Below, piece after piece: positions 53,581-64,000 of a DNA stretch of 64,000 bases (position 1 is the stretch's first letter; every line of letters starts with the position of its first letter). Origin of the DNA: Chiloscyllium plagiosum (Eukaryota); contig NC_057719.1 in assembly GCF_004010195.1 (NCBI RefSeq), positions 48,930,723 through 48,994,722 on the forward strand. The letters are read 5' to 3'. The position numbers were made by a program, and so were the translations under genes. The notes beneath the pieces were generated by a model. The model searched no databases. It had not been told where the DNA came from and saw only the letters and a program-made list of their open reading frames with translations.

Positions 53581-56500
53581 CTTCATTCGCTCTGTCACTT
53601 TATCCCAGTACTTTCTGCAGTCTTATCACCTTTTGCCAATTTCATTCTTGTCCTTTGCCAGTTTCCCATTTCCATGACTCTCTTGGACAGTTATTATCTT
53701 TGAACTGCTTTTGAATATTTTAACCCTTTCAACGCGAGATGCCGCTTTTACACAAATTCATGTCAATTTTTGGAGATCTCTGAAGTTGGGAATTTGTAAA
53801 TTGGACTATCAATAAATCTGTGTTATATTTACCTGCTGTTAATAAGACACCATGGAATCGATGCTTATAGCGGTGCTCGCACGCACCATACTTCGCAAAT
53901 AAAAACAAACCACCGCCAATATTAGTAATCTGAAACAAAACAGGAAAAGGCTGAAAGTGTATCTTAGGCCGATGACCTGTCAAAAGGTTGTCTGTTTCTT
54001 CGCCACAGCCGCTGCCCGAACTGCTAAATACTTCCAGCCTTTTATTGCATCTTATCTCAACTTTTTAATGTTCCAATATGTAGGAGACGGCTACTACTTT
54101 TGTGAGTCAAACTTTTTTTATTTTACCCATCTACACCAGAAACCGACCAATCGCTTAAAAAGAACAGACGTTATGGTGTTATTTTAAAACAAAGCAATGC
54201 GGCATTTGAACGGAATCCACTCAGTGTGGTGGTGGTCTGTGGATGACTGGTCCAGAAAGGCTGCAACACCTGGAAGCGCCCTGCAGTTGGCTGCCATCTG
54301 TACTGTCCCTCTCCCTCCCCAGTGCATTTAATCGGAGCGATTGCAAATATTTAGCCACAGACATCACAAGCGGAATTGGGCTGGAATCTATGAAAGATGG
54401 GCAGTGATTGAAATTCACTTTTGACATGCCTTCGGTCGGAACATTTACAGTTGAGCTCCAGAAAGCCTTTAATTGAAAATCTGCTGTATTTCAATAGCAT
54501 TGCAACAGAAGATGATTAAATACTTCATCCAAACGCACACACAATTGCTGCTAAGATCGAAGATGCCCACCGAATACGCGAAGGCATTTGTTTCAATATA
54601 CTGGGTTAACATGCTAAGTGTTTGCTGAATTTGATTTTACAAAATAGATCCACTGGCAGTCAATAAATAACCAGGGAAGTGGCAGATAAAGCGGTGAGCA
54701 CATCTGATACACAAACATAGAGTCTGTGAGAGATTCCTTTTACAAAGATAGACGAGTTAGAATATCTGTAATGGCTGTAGTCCCGATGAAGAAACTTGGA
54801 CAATATAATAACTGCTTTAAAAATATCTCTGCGTTACTATTGTTCTTGAAAAGAAGATAATTTAAAACAGCTATCCAGAGTATGTTAGACTGAAGCTTTT
54901 TTTATTGCGTTGAGTTACCGTCTGCATGATAGAATGTAAATCATTCTGGTCTTTTTAAGTGTTGGGAATGAAAGTGACTTATCCGACAAGACTCATGGCC
55001 GGCAATGGGAAATCCGATACATTAAAATGTATTCAATTTAAACCTTACAATAGATTTGTGGCTGTCTGTGCAAGTTGTTACAATTTGAAATCTAGACAGA
55101 AGAGAGCGCAACAACAGCAGCAGTCGAGGCTGGGGTCTCGGCAGAGACAATTCTTCATGAAATTCGGATTGTTTATACTCAGTTTTACCAGGTTCTCTAA
55201 CACAGAACACATTCGTTATCCGTACGTTCGCTTTTTCCCACCCCTACCTCCTCCCTTCTCTCCCAAGTTCGTCTTTACTGTAATAGCGAGAGATCACAGC
55301 TCTGGGAAAGTTATCTTCCTGAGTATTATGTTCGATCAACATTAACATTGTAAACAACTTATGAATGATGCAAAGGGAGCCTAACCTCACATAATACCGG
55401 CAGCAAGCATGTTAGTTAATACATAACAAAACATTCGAGGCGTCGTTTGCATGATCTCTGACTGGGAATTTGTTGTCCTATCTACTAAGAGCAATAGCTG
55501 GGAGTACCAGTAATCCTTACAGTTAAAAAGGCGAGGAACACAATCGATTCGAACGTTGCTTCCATTGGTTACGATGGAACTATTACATAGAGAGACTCAG
55601 TAAAATCACCATACAACTAAAGCAAAGTTTCTTAACAAGTCACAGTTTATGAATTACGTTTAAATCTGCATTCATAATACATCTTTAGAGTCAGATCAGC
55701 AATGTGGGACTTTATTTGGGTTTGGCGAGTAACTCCTCCTCATCGCGGGATCAAGTTACCTTTATTATTAAAACACTGTAAACTTAATCCGACCTTCGGC
55801 TATTAAAAATATTTGACGGGGAACAAAGTATGACTTCGATGCATAATTCACGTTTGCAGACTTGGAGTTACACGCACCCTGTAGATATGAGCAAAATATA
55901 GCAACGGAGTTCACAATGAGGACAATTCTCAATCAAGTTTGATTCAGCTTCATTTCAGATAAGTTTAAAAATAATCACAGAAACTGAAAATAAATATGGA
56001 TTGTGTACAATAAGACAAAATAGATGCTTGGTTTAGTATTTATTTCTGTTAAATTAAAATGAGATTCAAACTAAGTCACGAAGGCTAAGATTCCATTGCA
56101 TTACAGTGGCGGGTGTGGGTTTACACTGAACAATTTTTAGAATTCAAATATCATATTGACATGATTCGTAAATCACCTGGAATGATTGTAAATTTTCAGG
56201 ACATTATCCAGATACAAGAAATTGAACAAAAATGTTTAATTGAAAGAACACTTATCAGAGACAGATCCTCTAACTTCGGACTAGTCTAGATGGTGTACAG
56301 TGTAGAGATTAAACTTGCCCCTCAGGTGACTTACCACAAAAATACACTGCCAATCTAACATTTCCTGTGCATTATTTGTGGTGTAACCTTTTATATTACT
56401 CTAACAGAAACTTGTACAAAGCGATCTATTAAAGCTTGTGCAATCTTTAATTTAAATCTTTCTTGGCGTCATAACAGTTTACAAAGTGTGAGACTATATT

Positions 56501-57934
56501 CCTCCGGCACTTCCACATTAATAAACAAAAGTGCAATTCCTGTGAAGCATATCATGAACGAAATTGTATAGTCCTTGAAATCAAATTTTCCAGTTTCTTA
56601 GTAATTGCTTTAGATGGACGTTTGTTAATTGTCATTAAAATATTAAGTAGGTGGAACAGACGAGGATAAATGGAAAATATCCTTACCCACCATCCCAATA
56701 ATTGCAGGCTTTTAAACAAACGCTTGCAAAACATTCATTCAGGACATTTGCTTGTATTCATGTCTAGAAACTAGGAGGACTTGTCGCATTATCAGATTAA
56801 AGTTTAGGCGTGGCATTTAAAAATTGCCAAACCTCTGAGTGTTTCAGTGCATTTTAAAAAAATATTAAGTTCGAGGCAGAGTCACCGGTGAAACAAATAT
56901 TATTACAAAGAATTTTGATGTGCACTACTCTGTCAATTCAAACTTCCCGAAAGTTTAAAATCATCTGAAAGCCACTTTACTGTACATTTTTACTCGGATT
57001 ACTTGGACTTAAATATTAAAGGAAAATATGAAATATCGTGCACACATTCATTATACTTAAATGAAACTCTTCAACAACAGGAAAGTTGAATACAGTGCTT
57101 GTGCACATTTTAATAAGCATTTTCATTATCTGCTTTGTACATCGATATTATTATAGATTGGGCTAGCAACTGAACGGAGACAAAACAAACTTTAAATGAA
57201 ATGTAAAAAAGAGTCAATTTTAACAACTCAACAAACAATTGTTTCATATTAATTGTCACCAAAGTTGAAATGTGCAGACACTTGTATAGGTATCTAACTG
57301 TAATAAAATCTATCATATGCAAGGCAATACACAGTAGTCTCATGTTTAATTCATGACATCAAACTAGCTTTGACTTCCTATTGCCCATATAACAATTTAA
57401 AATTCATTGGTTTTTAGAAAATACAAATGCATTTATTTTGCACACTTTAACTATATTATTCGCATCACAACGAAAGTTAACTTCAAAACATCACTGTAAA
57501 TGCAAAGTCTTTGTTGAACAAAGCACAGGGATAAGGAATATGAGTCTCACTTTAATCCTTGAAGCCTTCCATTTTCATTTGGAACTAGCCAGATAGTAAT
57601 GTTTATTAATATGTAACACTTGCCCATGCAATGATATTTTGTGAAACTTGAGTGTTAATTGATGTGGAGTATACAGACAACATCCAGTGTTTTTCAACAC
57701 CAGTGATTTACATTGTAACTGAAGAGATCGATTGGTGTGGTATTTCAGCACATAATACAGACAATGCTATACCTTTTAAATGCCATCTTCTCCTTTCATT
57801 GAACAAGAATCTCTGAATTGTAGGAGGATGGAATTTGCAGCACAAACAATTTCCAGATCTCTTCTGTGTGTCGAGAAAGTACTACCCACAATAATGCACT
57901 TGTTAGCTTTCCCTCTTCTTAAGAATGTAGTAAC

Positions 57935-59510
57935 ACTCAAGCAGGAACAGGTCCCTTAGCTGCTCAAACCTGGTCTACCATTCTTGATCATGGCTGATCA
58001 CCTGTCTCAATGTTATTTTTCATCACCATCCCCATATTCCTTGTTGGCATTAGCAACTAGAAATTTATTAGTCTTTGTTTTGAACTTATTCAATGACTAA
58101 GATTCTACAGTTCTCTGGAGTTGAGATTTCTAAAGATTTACTTGGATGAAAATATACCCTTCCACATTTCTGTCTTAAAGCGGCTGACCACTTATTCTGA
58201 AGATTGTGTCCCCGGTCTTGATCCCACAGCTCAGAGAAACATCTTTTTGCACAAACTTTAAGAATTATATAAATTTCAATGAGACCACCTCTCATTCTTC
58301 TAAACTGTAGAAAATACAGGCCCAGTCTCTTCCATTACTTCTCATAGCACATTCAAGGAATCAGTTTGTTGAACATTTGCTGTGTTCCCTGCATGGCTGG
58401 TACATCATTCCTTATGTAAGGGGACCAAAAACTACACACAATACTCCAGATGCAGTTTTACTGAAGTTCTGAATAATTGAAACAAAAATCTTTATTCTGA
58501 TAGTCAGATAATCTTGCATTTGCCTTCCTAATTGCTTGCTGCACCTGTCATGTTATCTTTCAGTGACTCACAAGGAAGGAAAACCAAATCCCTTTGGATA
58601 TCAATGCTTTCCAATATCTCATCATTTAAGGAATAATCTACATTTGCATTCTTCCTACCAAATTGAATAAGTTCAGTCATTCATCTTTTTTTCGAACTGC
58701 CATGCTCTTGTCTATTCTTAGTCTGTTCAAATCTTCTTTGAGCCCTGTTTGCACCCTCATTACTGTTCATATTCTCACCTAGTTTAATATTATCCAAAAC
58801 CTTTGAAATATGACATTTGGTCACAGATTGTGATGGTTAACAGAAATAAAGCAGTATGTAGGAGTAATGGGCCATTCACACATTGACAAGCTGAGACTGA
58901 TCAGGTACTGCATGTGGTTGATCACTATTTTCTTTCTGTTAACCAATACACTAAGTATGTACTTAATCTTATTAAGTGAATTTATGTATGAGACTTTATT
59001 GAAAGCCTTCTGAAAATCCAAATGCATCACATTCATAGCTCTCCCTTATTTATTCTGCTGTAGCATCCTCAAAAATAGAATTGTCAAATATGACATACCT
59101 TTCATAAATCTACATTGTCTCATATTTTGTAAATATCCAGCTATCACGATGTTCACAATAGATTCAAATATTTTCCCAATTATTCATGTCAAGTTAACAG
59201 GCCAGAATTTCCTGTTTTCTCTCTCCCTCCTTTCTTAAATAGTTGGCTTACATTTGTAATCTTCTATTCTGCAGACATTACTCCAGAATTCATAAAATGT
59301 TGAAAGATCACCAACGTATCTATTATCTCTTTATCAACCTCTTTCAACAATCCAGGATATGGAAATTTAATCTTGGGGCAGGTTTGTCAACTTTAATTCC
59401 ATTGTCCAGTACTACTTTTATTTTATTAATACCATTTTCTTTCTGTTCCTCATTCTCATTAGACCCTTGGATTCCTATTATTTCAGGGAGATTCTCGTAT
59501 CTTGCTCCCT
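57935..59510 (-). mobile_element. Old CR1 LINE RT to 3' end
   Basis: MHLDFQKAFNKVSY (ORF 58821..59036), MRGGLIEIYIIL (ORF 58086..58295). Confidence 0.8.
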
Positions 59511-59874
59511 GAAGATGAAAAAATAATATACTATTGGGTCAAAACCAATAAATATGAATTTTAAATACAAGCAAGAAGAATCATGTTTCCTAATTTACTT
59601 TTGCCTCAAAATTAGTGTTCATAAATATTCCCTTCAATCATAAATTTTGAACATAAATAGCATGTCATTTATGTAGTATGTGGGATTGGAGGTTCGTCTT
59701 ATAGAGCTAGCTTATTGCTCAATGATACTCTGGCACTATAAACTGGTAAATTGAAATTTAAGGGACAAAACCTTAGTCCGGTTGGGCTAAAGTCATTAAC
59801 TCCTGCCCCTTCAAGTTTGAGAACCAATTATCTAAATGTTTACTTTTTATACCCTCAAAGACAGCAATGCTACT

Positions 59875-60295
59875 TAGAGTCATAGAGTCATAGAGATGTA
59901 CAGCACAGAAACAGACTCTATAGTCTAACTCGTCGATGCTGACCAGATATCCCAACCCAATCTTGTCCCACTTGCCAGCTCTCGACCCATATCCTTCCAA
60001 ACCCTTCCTATTCATATACCCATCCAGATGCCTTTTAAATGTTGCAATTGCACCAGCCTCCACCACTTCCTCCGGCTGCTCATTCCATACCCATGTCACC
60101 CTCTACGTGAAAAAGTTGCCCAGTAGGTCTCTTTTATACCTTTTCCCTCTCACCTTAAACCTATAACCACTAGTTCTGGACTCCCCCACCCCAGGGAAAA
60201 GACTTTGTCTATTTATCCCATCCATGCCCGTCATGATTCTATAAACCTCTATAAGGTCACCCCCTCAACCTCCAATGCTCCAGGGAAAACAGCCC
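59875..60295 (-). mobile_element. CR1 LINE 3' end running into the assembly gap
   Basis: VWNEQPEEVVEAGAIATFKRHLDGYMNRKGLEGYG; (gagtcata)n tail. Confidence 0.9.
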
Positions 60296-60795
60296 NNNNN
60301 NNNNNNNNNNNNNNNNNNNNNNNNNNNNNNNNNNNNNNNNNNNNNNNNNNNNNNNNNNNNNNNNNNNNNNNNNNNNNNNNNNNNNNNNNNNNNNNNNNNN
60401 NNNNNNNNNNNNNNNNNNNNNNNNNNNNNNNNNNNNNNNNNNNNNNNNNNNNNNNNNNNNNNNNNNNNNNNNNNNNNNNNNNNNNNNNNNNNNNNNNNNN
60501 NNNNNNNNNNNNNNNNNNNNNNNNNNNNNNNNNNNNNNNNNNNNNNNNNNNNNNNNNNNNNNNNNNNNNNNNNNNNNNNNNNNNNNNNNNNNNNNNNNNN
60601 NNNNNNNNNNNNNNNNNNNNNNNNNNNNNNNNNNNNNNNNNNNNNNNNNNNNNNNNNNNNNNNNNNNNNNNNNNNNNNNNNNNNNNNNNNNNNNNNNNNN
60701 NNNNNNNNNNNNNNNNNNNNNNNNNNNNNNNNNNNNNNNNNNNNNNNNNNNNNNNNNNNNNNNNNNNNNNNNNNNNNNNNNNNNNNNNNNNNNNN
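60296..60795. other. Assembly gap (500 N)
   Basis: Run of n. Confidence 0.99.
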
Positions 60796-60899
60796 CAATG
60801 CATAAGTTTTCTGCCACATTGAACACTTTTGAAGGATGCACTGAGGTTTGGAAGGGCACTGAATGTATTCTGGGTAGGGGCTTCAATGCCCATCACAAA

Positions 60900-62260
60900 G
60901 ATTAGCTTGGCAGTACCATTATTGATGAAGTTAAAGAACATAGCTGCTAGACTGCATCTCTGGCAGGTATTGAGGGAACCAGCAAGAGGGGGAAACCCAT
61001 TTCAGGTTGTCTTCACCAATCAATCTTTGGTTGATACAGCTTTCTATGAGAGTACCAGTAGCAACACTATAAAACTGGACTTAATAGGAATCAAAAAGAC
61101 CTAGACCAAAGGAAGATGTTTGTTTTTGTTAGAGGACAACCACCTAAGGCACACATTATCACTCCAGGAATTCAACAAGGTTGTCTACTTTACACAACCA
61201 TCTTCAGCTGCTTCTATAAGGTGAGAAATAGGGATGTTTGCTGATGATTACCATATGTGCAGCATTATTCATGAATCTTCTTATACTGAACCAGAGCATG
61301 GAACAGCACAGCAGGTCAGGCAGCATCCGAGGAAAAGGAGAATCGGACTTTTGGGCATAAGCCCTTCATCAGGTTTATGTCTGAAATGTTGATTCTCCTG
61401 CTCCTCGGCTGCTGCACCACACTCTCGACTCTGATCTCCAGCATCTCCAGACCTTACTTTCTCCTCCCTTAACCAGAGTATGTCCAAATACAGCAAGACC
61501 TGAACAACACTCAGGCTTGGACTTACAAGGGGCAAGTAACATTCATGTTGCAGAGGTGTCACACAACGACCAGCTCCTTTTCAGAATCTAACCATTGCCC
61601 CATGACATTTAATGGCATTACCACTTCTGAATCCCACAATAACAATATATTGGATGTTACCATTGATCAGAAACTGAACAGGATTGGCTATATAAATACT
61701 ATGCCTATAGTAATGGGTCAAAGGCTGAGTTTTCTACTGTGAGTAACTCAGCTGCTGACTACTCAAAGCCTGTCCAACTTCTACAAGGCACAGTCAGGAG
61801 TCTGATGGACTTCTTTCCATTTGCTTGGATAAGTGCAGCTTGGACAACATTCAAGAAGCTCATCACCATCTAAGGGAAAGCAACTCACTTGATCAGCACC
61901 GCATGCACCTCTTTCAACATTTAGTCTGTCCACCACCAATGCATAGTAGCAACAATATATAGCATCTACAAGATGCACGCACTTTCAACAGTTCTTTCAA
62001 TCATACCTTCCAAATCTTTAGCATCACCACCTGAAAGTACTGCTCCAAGCTACATACCATCCTTCCTCTTTCACTGTCACTGTCACTGGATCAAAATCCT
62101 GGATATGTTCCCCCACTTCATCCAGCATTGTGGCTGTCCCTGGACATCATTGACTTCAGCAGTTCAAGAAGGCAGCTCACCAACACCTTCTGAACAGCAA
62201 CTAGGAAAATAAATGCTGGTTTTGTCAGCATTGCCCACAACCCAGGAAAATAAAAAAGTC
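60900..62260 (+). mobile_element. Decayed CR1/L2-group LINE
   Basis: GIQQG..., MFADD (gggatgtttgctgatgat), DVTIDQKLN, FYKAQSG; tail aataaatgctgg...cccacaacccagg. Confidence 0.7.
61290..61470. mobile_element. Penelope-derived inverted-repeat insert with hammerhead core
   Basis: gcagcatccgagga..aggagaatc pairs with gattctcctgctcctcggctgctgc; minus strand CTGATGA AGGGC TTAT GCCC AAAAGTC. Confidence 0.75.
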
Positions 62261-62439
62261 CACAATATTCTGCAAAACTATAATAGATAATACAAAACCT
62301 TAAAAACATCAATTCACAAATATGATTTAAGAGTTGTTAGAGGCACATTTTTAAGATTGCATAGGAAATGCAGCACTCAGACATCTGATATAAGTATATT
62401 TGTTCTTTAAAGTGACAATTTATTCCCAGAAAGCACTTT

Positions 62440-63530
62440 CAATATAATAACAATGTCTCATAGTGCTTCTGAGGAGCATATCCCGCCAAATATGGAACCT
62501 CACCAAATAAGGGAATACTTTAGATGAGATGACCAAGGGCTTGATCTGGAGATAAATATTGTAGTGTCTTAAAGGAACAAAGTGAGCTAGACAGGCTGCA
62601 ACACATAGGGAGGGAACAACAAAACTCAGGCCTGTGGCAGCTGAATGCATGGCCATCAATGATGGAGTGATAGAAAAATGTAGATAGTTCAAAAGGTTGT
62701 TTGGTTGGAGGTGATTACAGAGATAGGGAGTAGTAAGGCTCTGGAAGGAGTTGAAAATGATGATGGGAGTTTGAAAATTGGGACATGTATCAGTGACTGT
62801 CAGAGGTATTGGATGAACAGGGGTTTCTACATGTTAGAACCCCATCATTTGGGTGATCTGAAGTTTCTGGAGTATGAACTATGAGAAGTCAGCCAGGAGT
62901 GCATAGAATATTCAGATCTTGATGCAAAAAGAAATGGATGAAATTAGCTGAGGCAGGGACAGATCAAGCGTTGCTATGGGGGTGGAAATAGACTGGATAT
63001 ATGTTGGGAATTCATCCCAGGGGATAAATATTCTCCAAGTTTGCAAACAGCCAGATTCCACTTAGCAAACTTGTTCAGGAAGAGGGATGTTAACTAGAGA
63101 CTGGATCTTTGGATGAAGCCACATCGTTTGCCTTCTCATTTTTCAGTTGGGTTGCTGGCCAGCAGACTGACAATATGAAGATGGGCTAAGAAGTATAGTG
63201 GTAAAGTTTAGTGGTCATCAGTGCATGCAGAAAATGATGTTAACGGCAGCATGTAGATGAACAATAAAATAAGCCAAAGATAATCCTTCAGGGTTATCAG
63301 ATGTATTCCAGTAAGAGTGGAATGAGTGGCTGTTACAGGTAATGTTTTGGGTATGAGTGGATAGTTAAGAATGGAACCAAGCATGTGCAGTCCCAACCAA
63401 CTAGAAGAAGAAAGTGTGGTCAACTTTGTGCCAAAGGTTGCAAGTGGTGAAGAGGATAAGGAGGCATAGTTGATCTTTGTAATAGTCAGTTGTGTTGGTT
63501 TTATTTGTGAGTTTGTGATGGGCTGTATTG
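62440..63530 (-). mobile_element. Old L2-like LINE RT/3' fragment
   Basis: Minus strand tttctgcatgcactgatgacc (decayed YADD motif) and L2-like downstream sequence. Confidence 0.45.
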
Positions 63531-63664
63531 CTACTGTGACCTATGAAGGGGTTCCAGTATTCATGTACCTTATACAGTGTACAAATCAACAGTATACATT
63601 TTGAAACAATGTACATCAAATACTTTTAAAATTAAAGCAGAAGTCTCTAGATGCATAAAATCCA

Positions 63665-63838
63665 TAATAAAAACAGAAAATCCTGGAAAAACTCAGTACT
63701 TTAGAAATTAGAAACAGAGTAACTATCTTGATTTTAACAAAGAGTCATATTGAACTCCAAATGTTAGCTTTGTTTTCCTTTCCACAAATAATGCCCAAAC
63801 TCCTGAATTTTCTAAGCATTTTCTTGTTTTTATTTAAC
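63665..63838. mobile_element. Penelope-derived inverted-repeat element (decayed)
   Basis: ataaaaacagaaaatcctggaaaaactcag pairs with ctgaattttctaagcattttcttgtttttat. Confidence 0.5.
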
Positions 63839-64000
63839 AAAATTACCCAATTTTCCAAATGCAGCTTGAGATAGATTGTCAGAAAACGTGAAAAGAACAA
63901 TGATTTCAGCTATTGTAATCCATATACACTGCAGTATTATGATTCCAGTTCTTTCCATTTTGTTTTAGGGGGTATCTATTTTTCTGTGATGAAATTTATT

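Noticed and set aside
54959..55345. 128-aa ORF with a short poly-Q
   Set aside because: Non-ATG start, no domain and no exon support
60205..60941. Long ORFs of 176-230 aa
   Set aside because: Artefacts of translating through the N gap

Overview
Vertebrate genomic DNA, most likely a cartilaginous fish (inferred from shark-type tRNA-derived SINEs, CR1 tails and Penelope-derived repeats). The only intact host gene I can support is otx2 on the minus strand: three coding exons (44642-44546, 44183-44032, 43395-42772) giving 290 aa with a K50 homeodomain, SIWSPAS motif and duplicated Otx tail. It sits in a ~25 kb CpG-rich, almost transposon-free domain (~32.9-57.9 kb) that holds candidate alternative promoters, 5' exons and enhancers. 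The flanks are transposon graveyards: CR1, Rex1/L2-like, Tx1 and L2 LINEs, SINEs, a Gypsy gag relic, Harbinger relics and Penelope-like elements. The most notable signals are several decayed minimal hammerhead-ribozyme cores in Penelope-derived inverted repeats, a duplicated hairpin/CATTCCA module just after the otx2 stop codon, and a multi-level nested retrotransposon stack at 9.7-16.1 kb. These extend known biology; I did not find a clearly novel protein system. A 500-N assembly gap lies at 60296-60795.
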